A DNA stretch of 64,000 nucleotides. It comes from Neolecta irregularis DAH-3 (lineage: Eukaryota). Every line of letters begins with the position of its first letter. The stretch's first letter is position 1. Under the pieces are notes generated by a model. That model saw nothing but the letters and a program-made list of their open reading frames with translations. It was not told the origin of the DNA and did not search any database. A program made the position numbers and the translations under genes. Location: contig LXFE01003012.1 of the NCBI GenBank assembly GCA_001929475.1, positions 1 to 64,000 on the forward strand. The letters are read 5' to 3'. This document shows, in pieces, positions 12,627 to 24,919 of the stretch.

Positions 12627-14365
12627 TATAACTATCACTTTTCTTTACATGAGCGCTACATTTAATATCGCTCTTTTACTCACTCAGTTACACCAACTCC
12701 CTTATTACCCAAACACTGTCCCAATGAGCTCCTACGTGCTGCCATCAATATGCTTTCTATGTTATTAACTGGAAAATATCAATGAAATAGCCTACAACGT
12801 TTTCAAAAAGAGGAAAAAGCTCAATCTCCAATTGTAAGCTATGCGCTTAAAAGTACTGTATAACAAGCCTAAGTAAATGTACTTGGTTAGGTATTTCCCC
12901 ACTCCCGTCACTATATATTATTTACACCAAGCAAGCCTCATCAAACCTTCCTACCATCTCCGTCTTGGTAATGACATACCCGAGGGTGTATCCTTACACC
13001 AATGGTGACCTTTCAATCTCCACTTCTACATAGTTTCTCTCCTTACTTGTGGGGACACAACTTTACCTCACCGTCGCAACCCCCACCAGCTTGCCATCAC
13101 CACCGCCCAATCAATCATCGGAAGGAGCACAGAACTCAGCAAGGGCCGCAGCTTATCCCTGTCGGGCCGGTCACAAAGCATCGCCACTCTGCAAGGCAAC
13201 AGAAAGGCGGCCAGGCAGATGACGATAGCAGCACATGTGCCGAATCTGTATTAAAGTAGCGCCTAGCTGGATTAGCTGGCTAGGCTTTCACCCGATATTC
13301 AATATATGTAGTTACTCTTACTCATAATATCCAACCTGAGTCCACATCAGCACCCAACTCAAGGTTTTGTGCTGACATTACTTCATTATTTTCATAGACA
13401 AGATCTACGTTTTCTGTTCTCTATAAATCTGATCCTAGAGTCACAGTCTTCAGAGAGCGTTTATATCTTCTAATTCTCACCTGTTAGATAGCTCGCTCAG
13501 GTGATGTCATTTGACAACGTCCACGGTGTTTCCTAGCCGCTACCACAGATTTGAATTCAATCACGTGACACAGTGAACTGGTCCTCATCAACTGCAACAT
13601 CCTTACACACATAGACCAACGAAAAGTAAAACAAAAAAGACCCCGTAAATATCTTCTATAATATTACGTGTATTATTTTGTGTGTATGATGCTAGTCCGT
13701 GTCTGATTGGTATATCAATTCTCATTCAATATGGAAAAAATTCAATCTCCAATTGATCACTATGCCAAATAATTTAATCTAGTCATTGTAGGTATCAACG
13801 AGACCTTCAGTAAAACAGGCGGTTGGTTCATTGAAAATAGATTCACAATTGAAAATGAAGGGGCTTCACGTGTCAAAGATGTTAAACTCGTAGATCTCGG
13901 CGTCTCTCTTGAACGAGGCTAAAGACTCAACACATAAGAACAAATTCAATATCTTCCGAAACAGGCACAAGAACATTATTAGTCGATCTGCTATTGCTAA
14001 CCGCCTGTAGAAAGCCACGCTTCGCTAAGGAATAAACCAAAAGATCAGAAAAAATCTAGTCAAATCTGATCCAGTTGAATCGAACGCCAAGCCTCATATT
14101 TGTCTTGGTCATGTGATGTTGTATGTCAGGGTTAACAGTCTCTTCTGATGAATTCCAATGGACCTTGTCCCTGCTAGTACAAAAACCAATACCCTTGTTA
14201 CACGACACGCCTTCAATTGTCATGTTTAAGAATTATTGGGCGCCTACATGTGCATTAGCATTGTCTCGCACCTAGCTAAAGTCAATTGGACCAGCTTGCT
14301 TTGGCGGATGCTTTGTCTGTATTTCAGTCCTTTAAACTTGTTTCTACCCTTCAACTCGCTGTTTG

Positions 14366-15045
14366 ATGACTGTCACCTCCATTTTTCAGGTTTCTAAAGA
14401 GACTCTTTCCCAAGAAAAAGTACCACGTCTTCTCTATGCTACCACCGTCTTTACTGACTGGGCCAGATCGAGCAGATTGCCAACACTTGTGGTCAGACAC
14501 GAGGACTCAAATATCTCGCTGTTGCAGATATACACGAGAAGCAGGAGACTACAGCATTGATAGGGTCATGGGAGAGTATGGATGTAATTCGACGGTTGGG
14601 ATTGGCGTGACTGATTGTGTAGGACTATTTGGCATGGAAACCACATCCAAGCTGTGTGAATGAAGAAAGCGTTGTTGCATCATTCGATACGGAGAAGCTT
14701 AAGCAATGGCCAGTTACGGACATTGCATTCCTTCCAATGAAAAGCCTTTCCGAATTCGATGCCCAACGAGAAGAGATTGAAGCAGGCTTGGAAATGTCAT
14801 CTGGACATCTCGGACACGAATGCATTATTCAAGATGCCAGCCAAAACACTGTACTTATGTTGGTTGGATGGGAAACCGTCGAGGTACTTCTTAAGCCGTA
14901 TCATTTTGCTGATCTGGAACAGGCGCATGAGACCTTCGTAGTAAGTCCGGACAGTGAAAGATATTTTCAAAGTCTTGAGAAGCTTCTTGCAGTCAGCAAC
15001 CCAAAGATGTATCATTTAAAGAACTTTAAAGTTCTTTCTCCATGA
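14366..15045 (+). CDS. Dimeric alpha+beta barrel (ABM-like) protein, two repeats, 3 introns
   Basis: Two W-E-[ST]-x-[DE] motifs (GSWESMDDYLAW and VGWETVEAH) after in-frame GT-AG splicing. Confidence 0.65.
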
Positions 15046-15302
15046 TATATGGCAGTGTCCTACCGCAGACGAATGTCGAAATTTATCTGGAGCTAGGATC
15101 TGGAAAGAATGGCTCTAATTTATCTATACAAGCTTTCACATTACAAAGGGTTTGAAACTCGTATATGCCTTTCAATTCCATCCTGATGCATCTCATCTAC
15201 AAAAAGAACTGTACTATCAACTAAAACCTTGGTGTTTGATCAGCTTCGAAATATACCAAGGACTGCAGGAAGACTCCAAGAAGTATTGTTCTTATAGGAA
15301 TA

Positions 15303-15870
15303 TTAAGGACTGCACATTTGACAGATTTGATCATTAAACATTTGAATTCTTTCAAGTCCCTATAACAATAGCTTAGAGCCGCTTTGAATAATTACGTATT
15401 TAAATTGCAAATTATACCTGTAAGCTCGGCAGTTTGATCATTACTGGTATTACTCTGCTTGCCATATCCTGGTACTCTTCCAAACATCCTGGACGATGTT
15501 TTCGCAACGCCCTTCAATGCCGACAAAGTAAAGTATCGGGCAATCGGTATCACTTTCTGGCGAAGAATGCAGGATCATCCATTATTTCTTTTTTTTCTTC
15601 GGTGGCATGGAAGATAATCTTATCAGCACTCAACATCAGTGGAAGAATTCTGACGATGAAGCCTCTTCGAATGTCGAAGTAACATATGCAGATATGCTAT
15701 CAAATGGAATTTCTAGAGATTTGATCATCTGTTCATTTGGCGGCGTTAATGAATTTTGTCTCGTATGGTTCCACAGATGGGGAGGTATCACTGAATTTGT
15801 TGAAAGTCCAACTCCTTGTAGTGTGCCGGAGATTGTACCATTTACAGACCTCAGGAACAACGCCTGAACA
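15303..15870 (-). CDS. Possible small spliced orphan gene; 5' end unresolved
   Basis: Two GT-AG introns join open frames in phase (…DDPAFFARK/ALRKHRPGCLEEY…LPSLQ/GLERIQMF…); no recognisable homology. Confidence 0.25.
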
Positions 15871-15937
15871 GGAACCTTGAGACACTAAATATAAATACAA
15901 TTCTGAAACGGGCCCGAAAATATGCTTGGTACATCCT

Positions 15938-18900
15938 CTACCCTTCGAATTCTGTGCGCAAAGGAGGCATCGTTTTCATCATCACTTTTACCGTCATACA
16001 AAAACGTTCTTTATTCAATACATCTGCGGTTGACCTTGCAATATCACGATCTGTATTGAGGAGATCTCGACGCCGTGGGACCTTAGGTGTTGAACAAAAT
16101 GGGGTATGCTTCTGAGGCATGTTTCTTTGCGTGACTGACATTCGTTTTAGTTTTCTTTCTAGTTTATTTGACTCTTCGGCTTTTCGATTAGCATCAGCGG
16201 TAATATTGTCAATGGCTCGTCTAATTTTCTCTGCAGAAGGTTGCAAATTCCTTCCTTGAACTCGACTGGAGACGGCTGCTTTAATAATCGAAAATTGCTC
16301 TTCTGCTTGCTGTAATTGACTATCGATATGCTGGTTGTGAGTTTGAAAAAGGATCAGGATATACCTGAGAGATATTCCGCAGCTGCCGTTGTTGTTCAGA
16401 ATGCTCTGGGCCAAGTTGTCGGGCCTTCACCATCTTTGCGAAATCGGGGTCAGTCTTTGCTCGAATAAATCTTGCTATTTCCACTTGTTTAGCTTCCACT
16501 AAATCATCAGCATCAGCAAGCTACTATCCGTACATCTAATAAGAGAGTTTTTCAATTCATGAATTGCTTGATTATGTTGGTTGCGATCACTATTGAACTC
16601 CACGCTTTGTTTTAGAAAATATTCGGTGGTGCGGCTGAGATCATGCAGACCTCCAAGATGACATGCAGATTGTATGTCGGCCCCGAGATCCGATATGTCA
16701 AGTGTCCTTTTCTCGGAATGAGCATCGACGAAACGGGACAGATTCCTAGTGTTTTCCCCAAGCTATTATTAGGCATCTTCATAAGTGGAGGAAGGCACAA
16801 GTTCAAGTTCTTGAGTAAACCGTAAGTATACGAGTTCAAATTCTTTCGTCAGGCCCTGGAAAAAATTATTCAGTGTCGATTTCTCGAACATACAGCTTGG
16901 GAGCTTTGCGGTGGTATTCCACTGTCAAGAGGCACAATTGGTCTAAGTTCAACAGGTAATACAATCTTTTCTTCTAAGTTTTTAGCCGCCTCTTCGTCAT
17001 TGACTGCCATGACTCTTGTGATCTCGGTGGTGGTTGAAAACGATGTCTCTGGGCTACTGACTGGTTTTTTGGATATCACGCCGCGAAGTGAAGAGTGGCG
17101 CGAGGGTCCTCTGCCCCCACCTGGAAAGGGAGTATGCTTCGTGGAAAAAGAGGACGAGGATATAGCATTTGTCAATGCCGAGGACTTATTTTCGTCTGGA
17201 GTGAGTGATACAGCAGGAACCGGTGCCACATAAGATGGTTTGAACTTCTCTTGAATTGATGGGTCGAATGAAAAGTGGGCTTTTTCAGAAGGCTTGTTGA
17301 ATGAAAACGAAGATACTTTTTCACTCACAAAGGAGGTTCGTCGAGGCTTGGGGAGGTTGTCATTGACGTTGAACCCGACGGCAGCAGAGCTTTGATTGAG
17401 CAGGTCAAACGGGGGCTTTGGCGTCTCGTTCTGTCTAGTAAATGAGAAAGATGAAAAAGGAGGCTTTTCGTCGGTTGCGGACGGTGGAATTTTTTCTTCA
17501 AGATCCACCCACAAAGCTGCAGAAGGTGGATCGGATGAATGTGGTGCCTGCAACGTCTTTGTCTGATGTTCTTGACTAGAAGTTGGATTAGGGGCCAGGA
17601 TGGAATTTTCCACATTCTTGTTCTCTGTTCCTAATGATATGGAATCGAATGAAAATGCTTTTGGATTCAGCGACCGGGGATTTGATTCCGTGTTCTTAGA
17701 GCTCTCCGTAATTGTAGACACGGATGGCTGCAAAGAGAGCTTGTCGGCATATGATTCAGGTGGTAAAGGATATGATTCCCCAATCTCTATTGCAGTTTTT
17801 GGCTTGGGTATAAATGACTGAAGCCTTGCTTCAACATTTGCCGCTTCAACAGCCTTCGATCTTTGATGCTGCAGGGAAGATGATTCAAGATTGAAGGACT
17901 TTGATTCTAGCGGCAAAGGGATCGACTTTACATTCTCCTCGAGTTGTTGTGTTGAATTAAACGTAGTCTCTTTCGGTTTCGCTGGCAAGGCAGTTGCGCT
18001 CGAATTTTTCAGTCGTGGGATTTGGGACAAAGGAGGAGGCGATATTTCGCCTGCAGAAGGGAGTGGTGAAGTTGAGGTTTGCAGAGAAGGAGCAGCCTCG
18101 GTTTTGGTATCGTCTTCATCTTCGCTTTTGTCTTGTGATTGTATCTCGCTTGTCCTTTCGCTAACATTTTCTTCATCGGTTTCGAACTCATCTTTCGATT
18201 CCTCTTCAGGAAGAGATTCTACAGAATCTGCAGGATTTAATAGAAGCTCGGGGGAGGAAGATGTTCCCCTAACAGAGGTTTTCTGAGGAGCTGAACCTGG
18301 CGCTTCCTTCTTATCTTCCAGGTTCAAAGATAAAATACTCGAACCAAAAAAAGGATCTGCACTACTCGTTTTACCGCCGAACCCGCTTTCAAATATATGT
18401 GTGTTGTCGTCGTCATCATTATCTGATGCTCCTGATGATTCTAATCCCGGGACCTTCTTGATTCGCGAGCTTGTGAAAACGGAAATCTTCCCTTCATCAG
18501 ATCGAGGCGTGAAGCCAAAGTTTGGCTTATTCGTGACTTGAGAGCTCTTGAGAGGATTATTTAATGATTCAGCATCTGCGAAGGCTATCTGCCCTGGAGA
18601 ATCAGAAAATGATCCGACACCCGTATTCGAAGATCCACTTAATAGACCCTGGCTTCTGAGGGACGTAGTCGGCCTGAGCAGTGGAACAGAGTTTTGAAAG
18701 GATGACTGACCGAATTCAGGAGTAGATTCTTCGAGCGTACCAAACACACTTTGCTGACCAAGCTTTGAAGGTTCTGACAGGGATTGAGGCTCATCAATTA
18801 TCTTGGTCTCCGTTATTGCTGCATCTTTTGCAGAAGAGGTGATATTCTGATCGCCCAGCCTAGTGAAGGAAGTAGTCTCAAAGCTTAAATTACCGAATGG

Positions 18901-20679
18901 CTGTAGGAAACCTGGATTAGTATTTCGTGCCATGGCAGAGTTAGGAGGGACAACACTGAATGGCTGTGCAAGGCTTTTTTGATCAGACAGTAGACTGCTG
19001 CCGAAGGATGGCGCCGATGTTACGCCATTCCCTCCAAATCCAAAGCCCAACCCTACGGAGGGAGCTTTTGAAACTGACGAACCAAAAGCTACAGTAGAAT
19101 TGAATTGATTCTCGGCGATATTCTTCGTCTCTGGAACGGACTCAACATTCAAAGCTATTGGACTACCAGACGATGAGGACAGCAATATTCCGTCGTATCG
19201 GATACCGGCCTTAACCGCATCGAGATAGAGAATATGATATGCAGAAAGAAAGCCATCGGTATTGAGTATGTAGAAGATAGGAACCGGACCGGTTTGTGAA
19301 GGATCATCATTTGGTGCCAAAGGTATTGGATCTCGTGAAGTGAAGTCGAATGCCAGTCCCAAAGGTGAACTCTCATGATCAGCCAAAATCGAGTATGGCA
19401 AAAGAGCCCTTTTGGTCTCGTCGGAAATACTCCATGTAGCCCATTTGTTTGAAGGTTTAGAACGTGAGATAATACCAATATCAGCACTGGGTGTTGCAGA
19501 TACTACTACAAAATTGGACAAATAAGGCGACCTGTCAAATGGTTAATCAGATGATGTTCCAAAGCCATACCAATTCTTCAATGCCAGGAAGAAATGGTTG
19601 AGACCTCGCTCTGAAAGGCCAAAGGGCGGGGCGGGATCAGGCATTCGAATGTATTTGATCGAGTCCTTTTCCTCGCTTGATATGATGTATATTTCATATT
19701 GATGATTAAGATGCACTGTATCTTCTTCAGGAACATGGTATACAACCAGGAAGAGGTGATTCTCCAGCCAACAAACTTTTGAAACTACTCATAAGTTGAT
19801 TGTGAGATGAAGATGAATCACCATAGTGAGAATCCAACGCAGGTGCTCTCTTTAGTTCCGCTTTCTTCTGTCCATCCGGTGTTATTTGAACAAGAGAACC
19901 ATCTCTCATGCCGCAAATGATTTGTTTGCCCTTCTGTGACCAGCAAACTGTCCCATAAGACTTTGATTCCATCAGGGACTAACTTGCTGTGACTTCTGCC
20001 AAAACTACATCTAAGAGTTGCCTTTTAGACATTGAGAGCATTCGCAAAACTCTGTCTTTTGTAAGAATCGCGACAAGGTCTGCATCTGGCGAAGGGTTTG
20101 CCTGAAGATCCTGAATAGGGGTAGTAGAATTATCAAACTTGGGTTCAGACTAGCATAATCAGAACAAGTATATGACGATACACACTCCAGCCCTAAGAGA
20201 AGCGACATCGTAAGAAGATATCTTTCCGTCCTCAAATCCCAATAATATCTCATTACCACTGGGAGAAAAAATAACATGAGATATGGTCTGGGTTACTGTG
20301 ATCCTAGTGGCAGTACTCGATATTGATGGAAACTTGAAAGTTGCTGATGTGATCGAGTTTCGAATATTCTTCGTCGTCTCAACTACAAACTCTACATCAT
20401 CAACAGAATTATATTTTGAATAACTGTACCGGATGTGCTAGCACCAACCAGAAGCCCAGAATAATTATTCACTGCAAGAAGGGAAGATTCTGGGAGAGCA
20501 CTTATGCCGTTGAATCCATCTGAGAACAGACGTAGGATTGTATCCTGTCGTAGAGGACGAAATGCGACAGTCTACATCAGTAATGACACGACAATTTGAA
20601 CCACTTCAACATCGATTTCCTCACCGTCAATCTCTTCCAGCTGGACAGAACTGGGCTTTAAATCCGAGACCTGGCTCAT
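15938..20679 (-). CDS. NUP159: Nucleoporin Nup159/Nup146 (N-terminal beta-propeller, FG/low-complexity middle, C-terminal coiled coil), about 9 introns
   Basis: CWSQKGKQIICG, DPAPPFGL, RALLP…SPLGLAFD propeller motifs; FG and SFSF motifs; coiled-coil tail. Confidence 0.85.
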
Positions 20680-21050
20680 CTCAGTTGGTGGTTACTGAAG
20701 GCGTGAAGTCAAAATGATTTTCCGAATCCCTCTCAACCTACCCATCAATTATGGAATTCACAACACTTCTTATGTTCACGATCGATTAAATCCAGATGAA
20801 TAAAATTAGTGAGACAGTAAGTAACACTTGACTTGATGCATAATTTATTTCACAAACCATCTTCCACGAGAAATAGCCTGTTTTTGAAACCCTTATCTGT
20901 ATAGGGAGTGGTACAGAACTGAGGAGCCAAAGGAAATCATCATGTAAGGCATATTTATTCGCGTTATAAAAGTACAAACATATTCCATAAAATTCAGCCC
21001 AGCCAACCCATAAGAATGATGCCAATAAGAAGGAAATAACCCGAAAACAA

Positions 21051-24006
21051 TCAATTAAAAGCCGCAGCATAAGCAAGTGACCAAGTCAATGTCATCCCAC
21101 CATCAAGATAGGCGCTGTTATATGCGAGACCTGTAAAAAACGAATATGCTGCAGAAGGGTTGAAGATGCTGTAATCGAGATACTGTGTCTAATGAGTATG
21201 CTTTCTGTGGATCAGAACATACCAAAATACCTCTCCATCCATCAGGAATGGAACCAATCAACGATTGCAATTTTCCAGACCACTCCGCTCCTATGAACGC
21301 TGCATTTCGCATGTATGCAGAGATAGAGGTCGTTGGAAGCATATGAATACCTTCAATGCACTCCTCCCTGCTTGAAAACCATGTGGTATGGTCGATCTTA
21401 TTCTCAAACAAGATACCGCTAACGTAATTGGGAACGAAATTTGAGGGCTCGATGGTGTTGCCCGCAGAATAAAGCATGTAAGAATTCATCGACCTCTTCT
21501 GAATCGCAAGCATGAGATTTCCTCGAGCCTCCATATTTGTATCGCCGATAGCATTACCCCAGAGCTTCATTCCATAATAAAAGTTATAATCTAGGAGTAT
21601 TAGTGTGCGATGTCGCGGGGGTATTGATCCCTTCAGAAGACGATTCTTCGTTTCTTCCATCTGGAACTGCAGTAATACCAGCGGACCAAGAATGTCCCGC
21701 GAACCAGTCGAAAGACCGAAACTGGGGGAAATAACTATCTGCTGTAGACGGATTCGCGACGTCTCGAATTAAGGTGTTAACCCAATTCTTGTTAGCCGTC
21801 GCCCATGAGTTGTCAAGAAAGCCAATGATGGCGGCGGTGTGAACAATGTAGCCGTAATGGAAATGATGGTCACTAGATATAAATAGATGATGAGCAAGAT
21901 TTATACTTGTAAACAGCGTTTCCAAAGTCCTGGAATGATCCGTCTGTCAACCCAGCTGTGCTGACAACTCCTTTCCACACCGTGTCATACGCGAGTGGAT
22001 TGATTTCTTGATTGTTGACGAAACGGCTTATCGCGGATTTGAGACTGTTCAGACAGGAGTTCATCAATGCATGGTTGACAATAATTGAATTGGCAGTGAG
22101 ACAGACATACGCAAATTTCTGTAGGATTTTACCTGCAAAATAGATACTGTTAAGATTCGATTGAGCGGACATATCCAAGGCAGCTTCGATGTTGGCGGCC
22201 GAAGTAATTTTTTGTATCTCTGATGCCGACCAAGAAGGTGATCTACCGGATGCTGAGTATGGTAAAAATCCAACATTCCAGGGAAGATTCTTCTCCGTGA
22301 ACGTGAGCATACTGCCTCCACAGCCAGTCATCATGCCACGTGTCTGACTCGCAAGTTTCAACGAGGTAAGCGACCCGCGAGACAATGATGCCACAAGATG
22401 AGGAAGCAAATATGTCAGGAGCGTTGCACCAGCTCGACCACCGGCTGTACTATACTGAAAGCTGTACGATCCACTGCTTCCCGAAACCGAACCAGCCAGG
22501 GTAACTCTAGTTGCATAGATTCCACTATAGCTATCGAAAGCACCCGGCGAACTGCCTGATGGGACTTTAGCTATCTGAATATAACCGGTAAATCTCGACG
22601 AAGCAACAAGATTTGCGTTATCAACGATCTGAAGGTTGAATGCAGACTGAGAGACTTGTAGATTCGGATAAACGTACATAACCCAAGTTTTACCATCTAA
22701 AAGTAGAATTTGGAATTTCAGTGAATTTCCAGGTCCTGAACTGCGACTCACAGTCGATACCTGGACTTGCGTATAAATCTTGGGAGTTGCAGAATAGTAA
22801 TTGAATGTAATAAAAGCCATGCCTTGAACAATTGAACACGTCATCCGTGAGAGAGAAATTCGGACATTCATATTGATAGACATAGTGGTAGGAGTATCGA
22901 CGTACATAGCCGTGCCAGAACTGAATTCGCTTGCACCGAAACGAAACGAAACGACCCCAAGTGGAGACCCATAATATCCGGCAATGTTGCCTGTAATTCG
23001 ACCATAATACTTGTCAGGTAAGTGGACTTGAAGCAAGATGAAAATCATACGTATTGATTGGTATCATAATGTTCTATATTGATACCAGCAGGAGAACTGT
23101 TTGTTTGCGGGGTCCACCAGAGGGCGTAAGGAAGCGAGAAAACGGGATTGGTACCATCTCCAGTAAGGAGGTTTTCATAGAATTTATTTGTGCCAATTGG
23201 CTTCGATATGTCAGCACCACTCAAACCTAGTGGTTTGTAAAAGTTTTGCTTCGAGGGAAACTGGTGGGAGTTCGGGGCGCCTTGAGAAATTGGGGTGAAT
23301 ATATTCGAACTGCCAATTGCTGCCAATCCAATCGGAGATGGGGCCGAGTTCGCCAAAGTTTGAGTTTCCGTGTTAACTGATGCGGAGATGGCGAGGACAC
23401 TTGTTGCCGTTACAGTGACCACTGGAGCCGCGGTCTCGACACCGGCGGTAGGAAGTTTTGTATTAATTGTTGATCTGACCAGCACTGATGATGGGGAAGC
23501 CAAGCTTTGACGAATTATACTACTAGAAAGTATAGTTTCATGCACCGAAACCTTCGGTGTGACAAGAGAGGTTGCAGTTTTTGGAACTGCTGCCGTTATA
23601 GGTAATTTGCTGCCAGAAACACGCGTAAGTACTTGGTTCTGAGATGCAATAAGCGAAGAGATATCCTGCCCTTCGGATCCGCGCTTCACAAGATTTTGAG
23701 GATCAAGATGTTGATTTAGATCCTCATAGTGATGCCGGGCCGGAGGTGGATATATCCTATCGTTCGGGTAGGGGGTAGGGCAATCTGTAGAAGAACCAAT
23801 GACCACATTGGAGCAGAGTAGTACTACGAGTACAAGCAGGTGCCTTCAGATTCAAATATCAGCGTTGTTGCTATGTCATCATAAGACTCGAATTCATACC
23901 TCTGAAACCAGAGCAACTGAAGATTGATAAATGAGTTAGAAATTGAAATTGAAATTGGGCGACAGAAAGCCAATTTAGAACCAGGGTGGAGTTGACCGTG
24001 CAACAT
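21051..24006 (-). CDS. GH81 endo-1,3-beta-glucanase with hydrophobic N-terminal segment and Ser/Thr-rich linker (probably secreted)
   Basis: [49 protein letters not shown] (after splicing), [11 protein letters not shown]-terminus approximate. Confidence 0.88.
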
Positions 24007-24919
24007 CCTTGGTGAGAATAGAAGAAAGATAAGCAAGGACCAGCCGCAAAGAATGAAAACATTAGATGCATCGGAATTTTATATGAATTCGCCGGGCTTG
24101 GCAGGCGTTGTGAACATATCGCATGGGTTGAAATGCATCATTCCGCAGCCTAAAAAGGCAGTATTGAGTATCCACAATCTATGCCGATATCCGAATTTTG
24201 CCACACCAAGACCCATCTTCCAGCTCGGTTGTTTTCTTAGAGCTTTCACCAGTAATATTGGAGCACCAAGATCAAGAATTTTAAAAAACATTGCCAGAAT
24301 CAGTTCGATCCACTTTTTTGTTGTGCTTGGACAGAAACGGTCACGTATTGCCACCAATAGTCATCGACGGTGTCAGAGCCGAGCCGAGCCGAGCTTGTAA
24401 TTAAAGTTGGTTGAAGTGGATTCAAATTAAGACATCATGGTCGATTCGATTAATTGCCACAAGAATAGAGAGTGGGATCAAGCCTGATATTACTTCTGAT
24501 GACCTAAAAAATTGCAAGGATACAATCGAACCTGCTCATAACGAATGTGGCATTCAAAGGTGTTGAATTCGTTAAAAGGCGGATTCGTTTTATCATCATA
24601 GAAAAATACCTCATACTAATTAATTTTGGAAACCAGTTGGGTTCGTTATAAGGAGGAACTCGCTGTACGGAGGTTCCTTATAGCCAGGTTCGAATGTAGT
24701 CACAGAGCCTGAAAACCAATGAGCACGTGAAAGTGAAAAAAATGGGTTTGTATGTCATAATAAATCCCAAATTTCAGTAAGCATGACATATTCGCGTTCG
24801 AACAAAGTGTATAACACTCCTTACAGGCTAATCAGAGAAAATTCAAAATGCCATGCAGCCACAACGAATTCCAAATGCGTTAAAATCACCAACTCACCGA
24901 TATCAATATGGTAGGTATG

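Noticed and set aside
12960-13290. GC-richer patch with an 85-aa ORF and short hairpins (GGTGTA/TACACC, GCCTAGC/GCTAGGC)
   Set aside because: Possibly transposon debris, but no homology or boundaries can be supported.
17000-18286. Plus-strand ORFs inside NUP159
   Set aside because: Antisense shadows of a low-complexity coding region.
24640-24700. Imperfect hairpin followed by GGTTCGAAT
   Set aside because: B-box-like word only; no tRNA or snoRNA structure.
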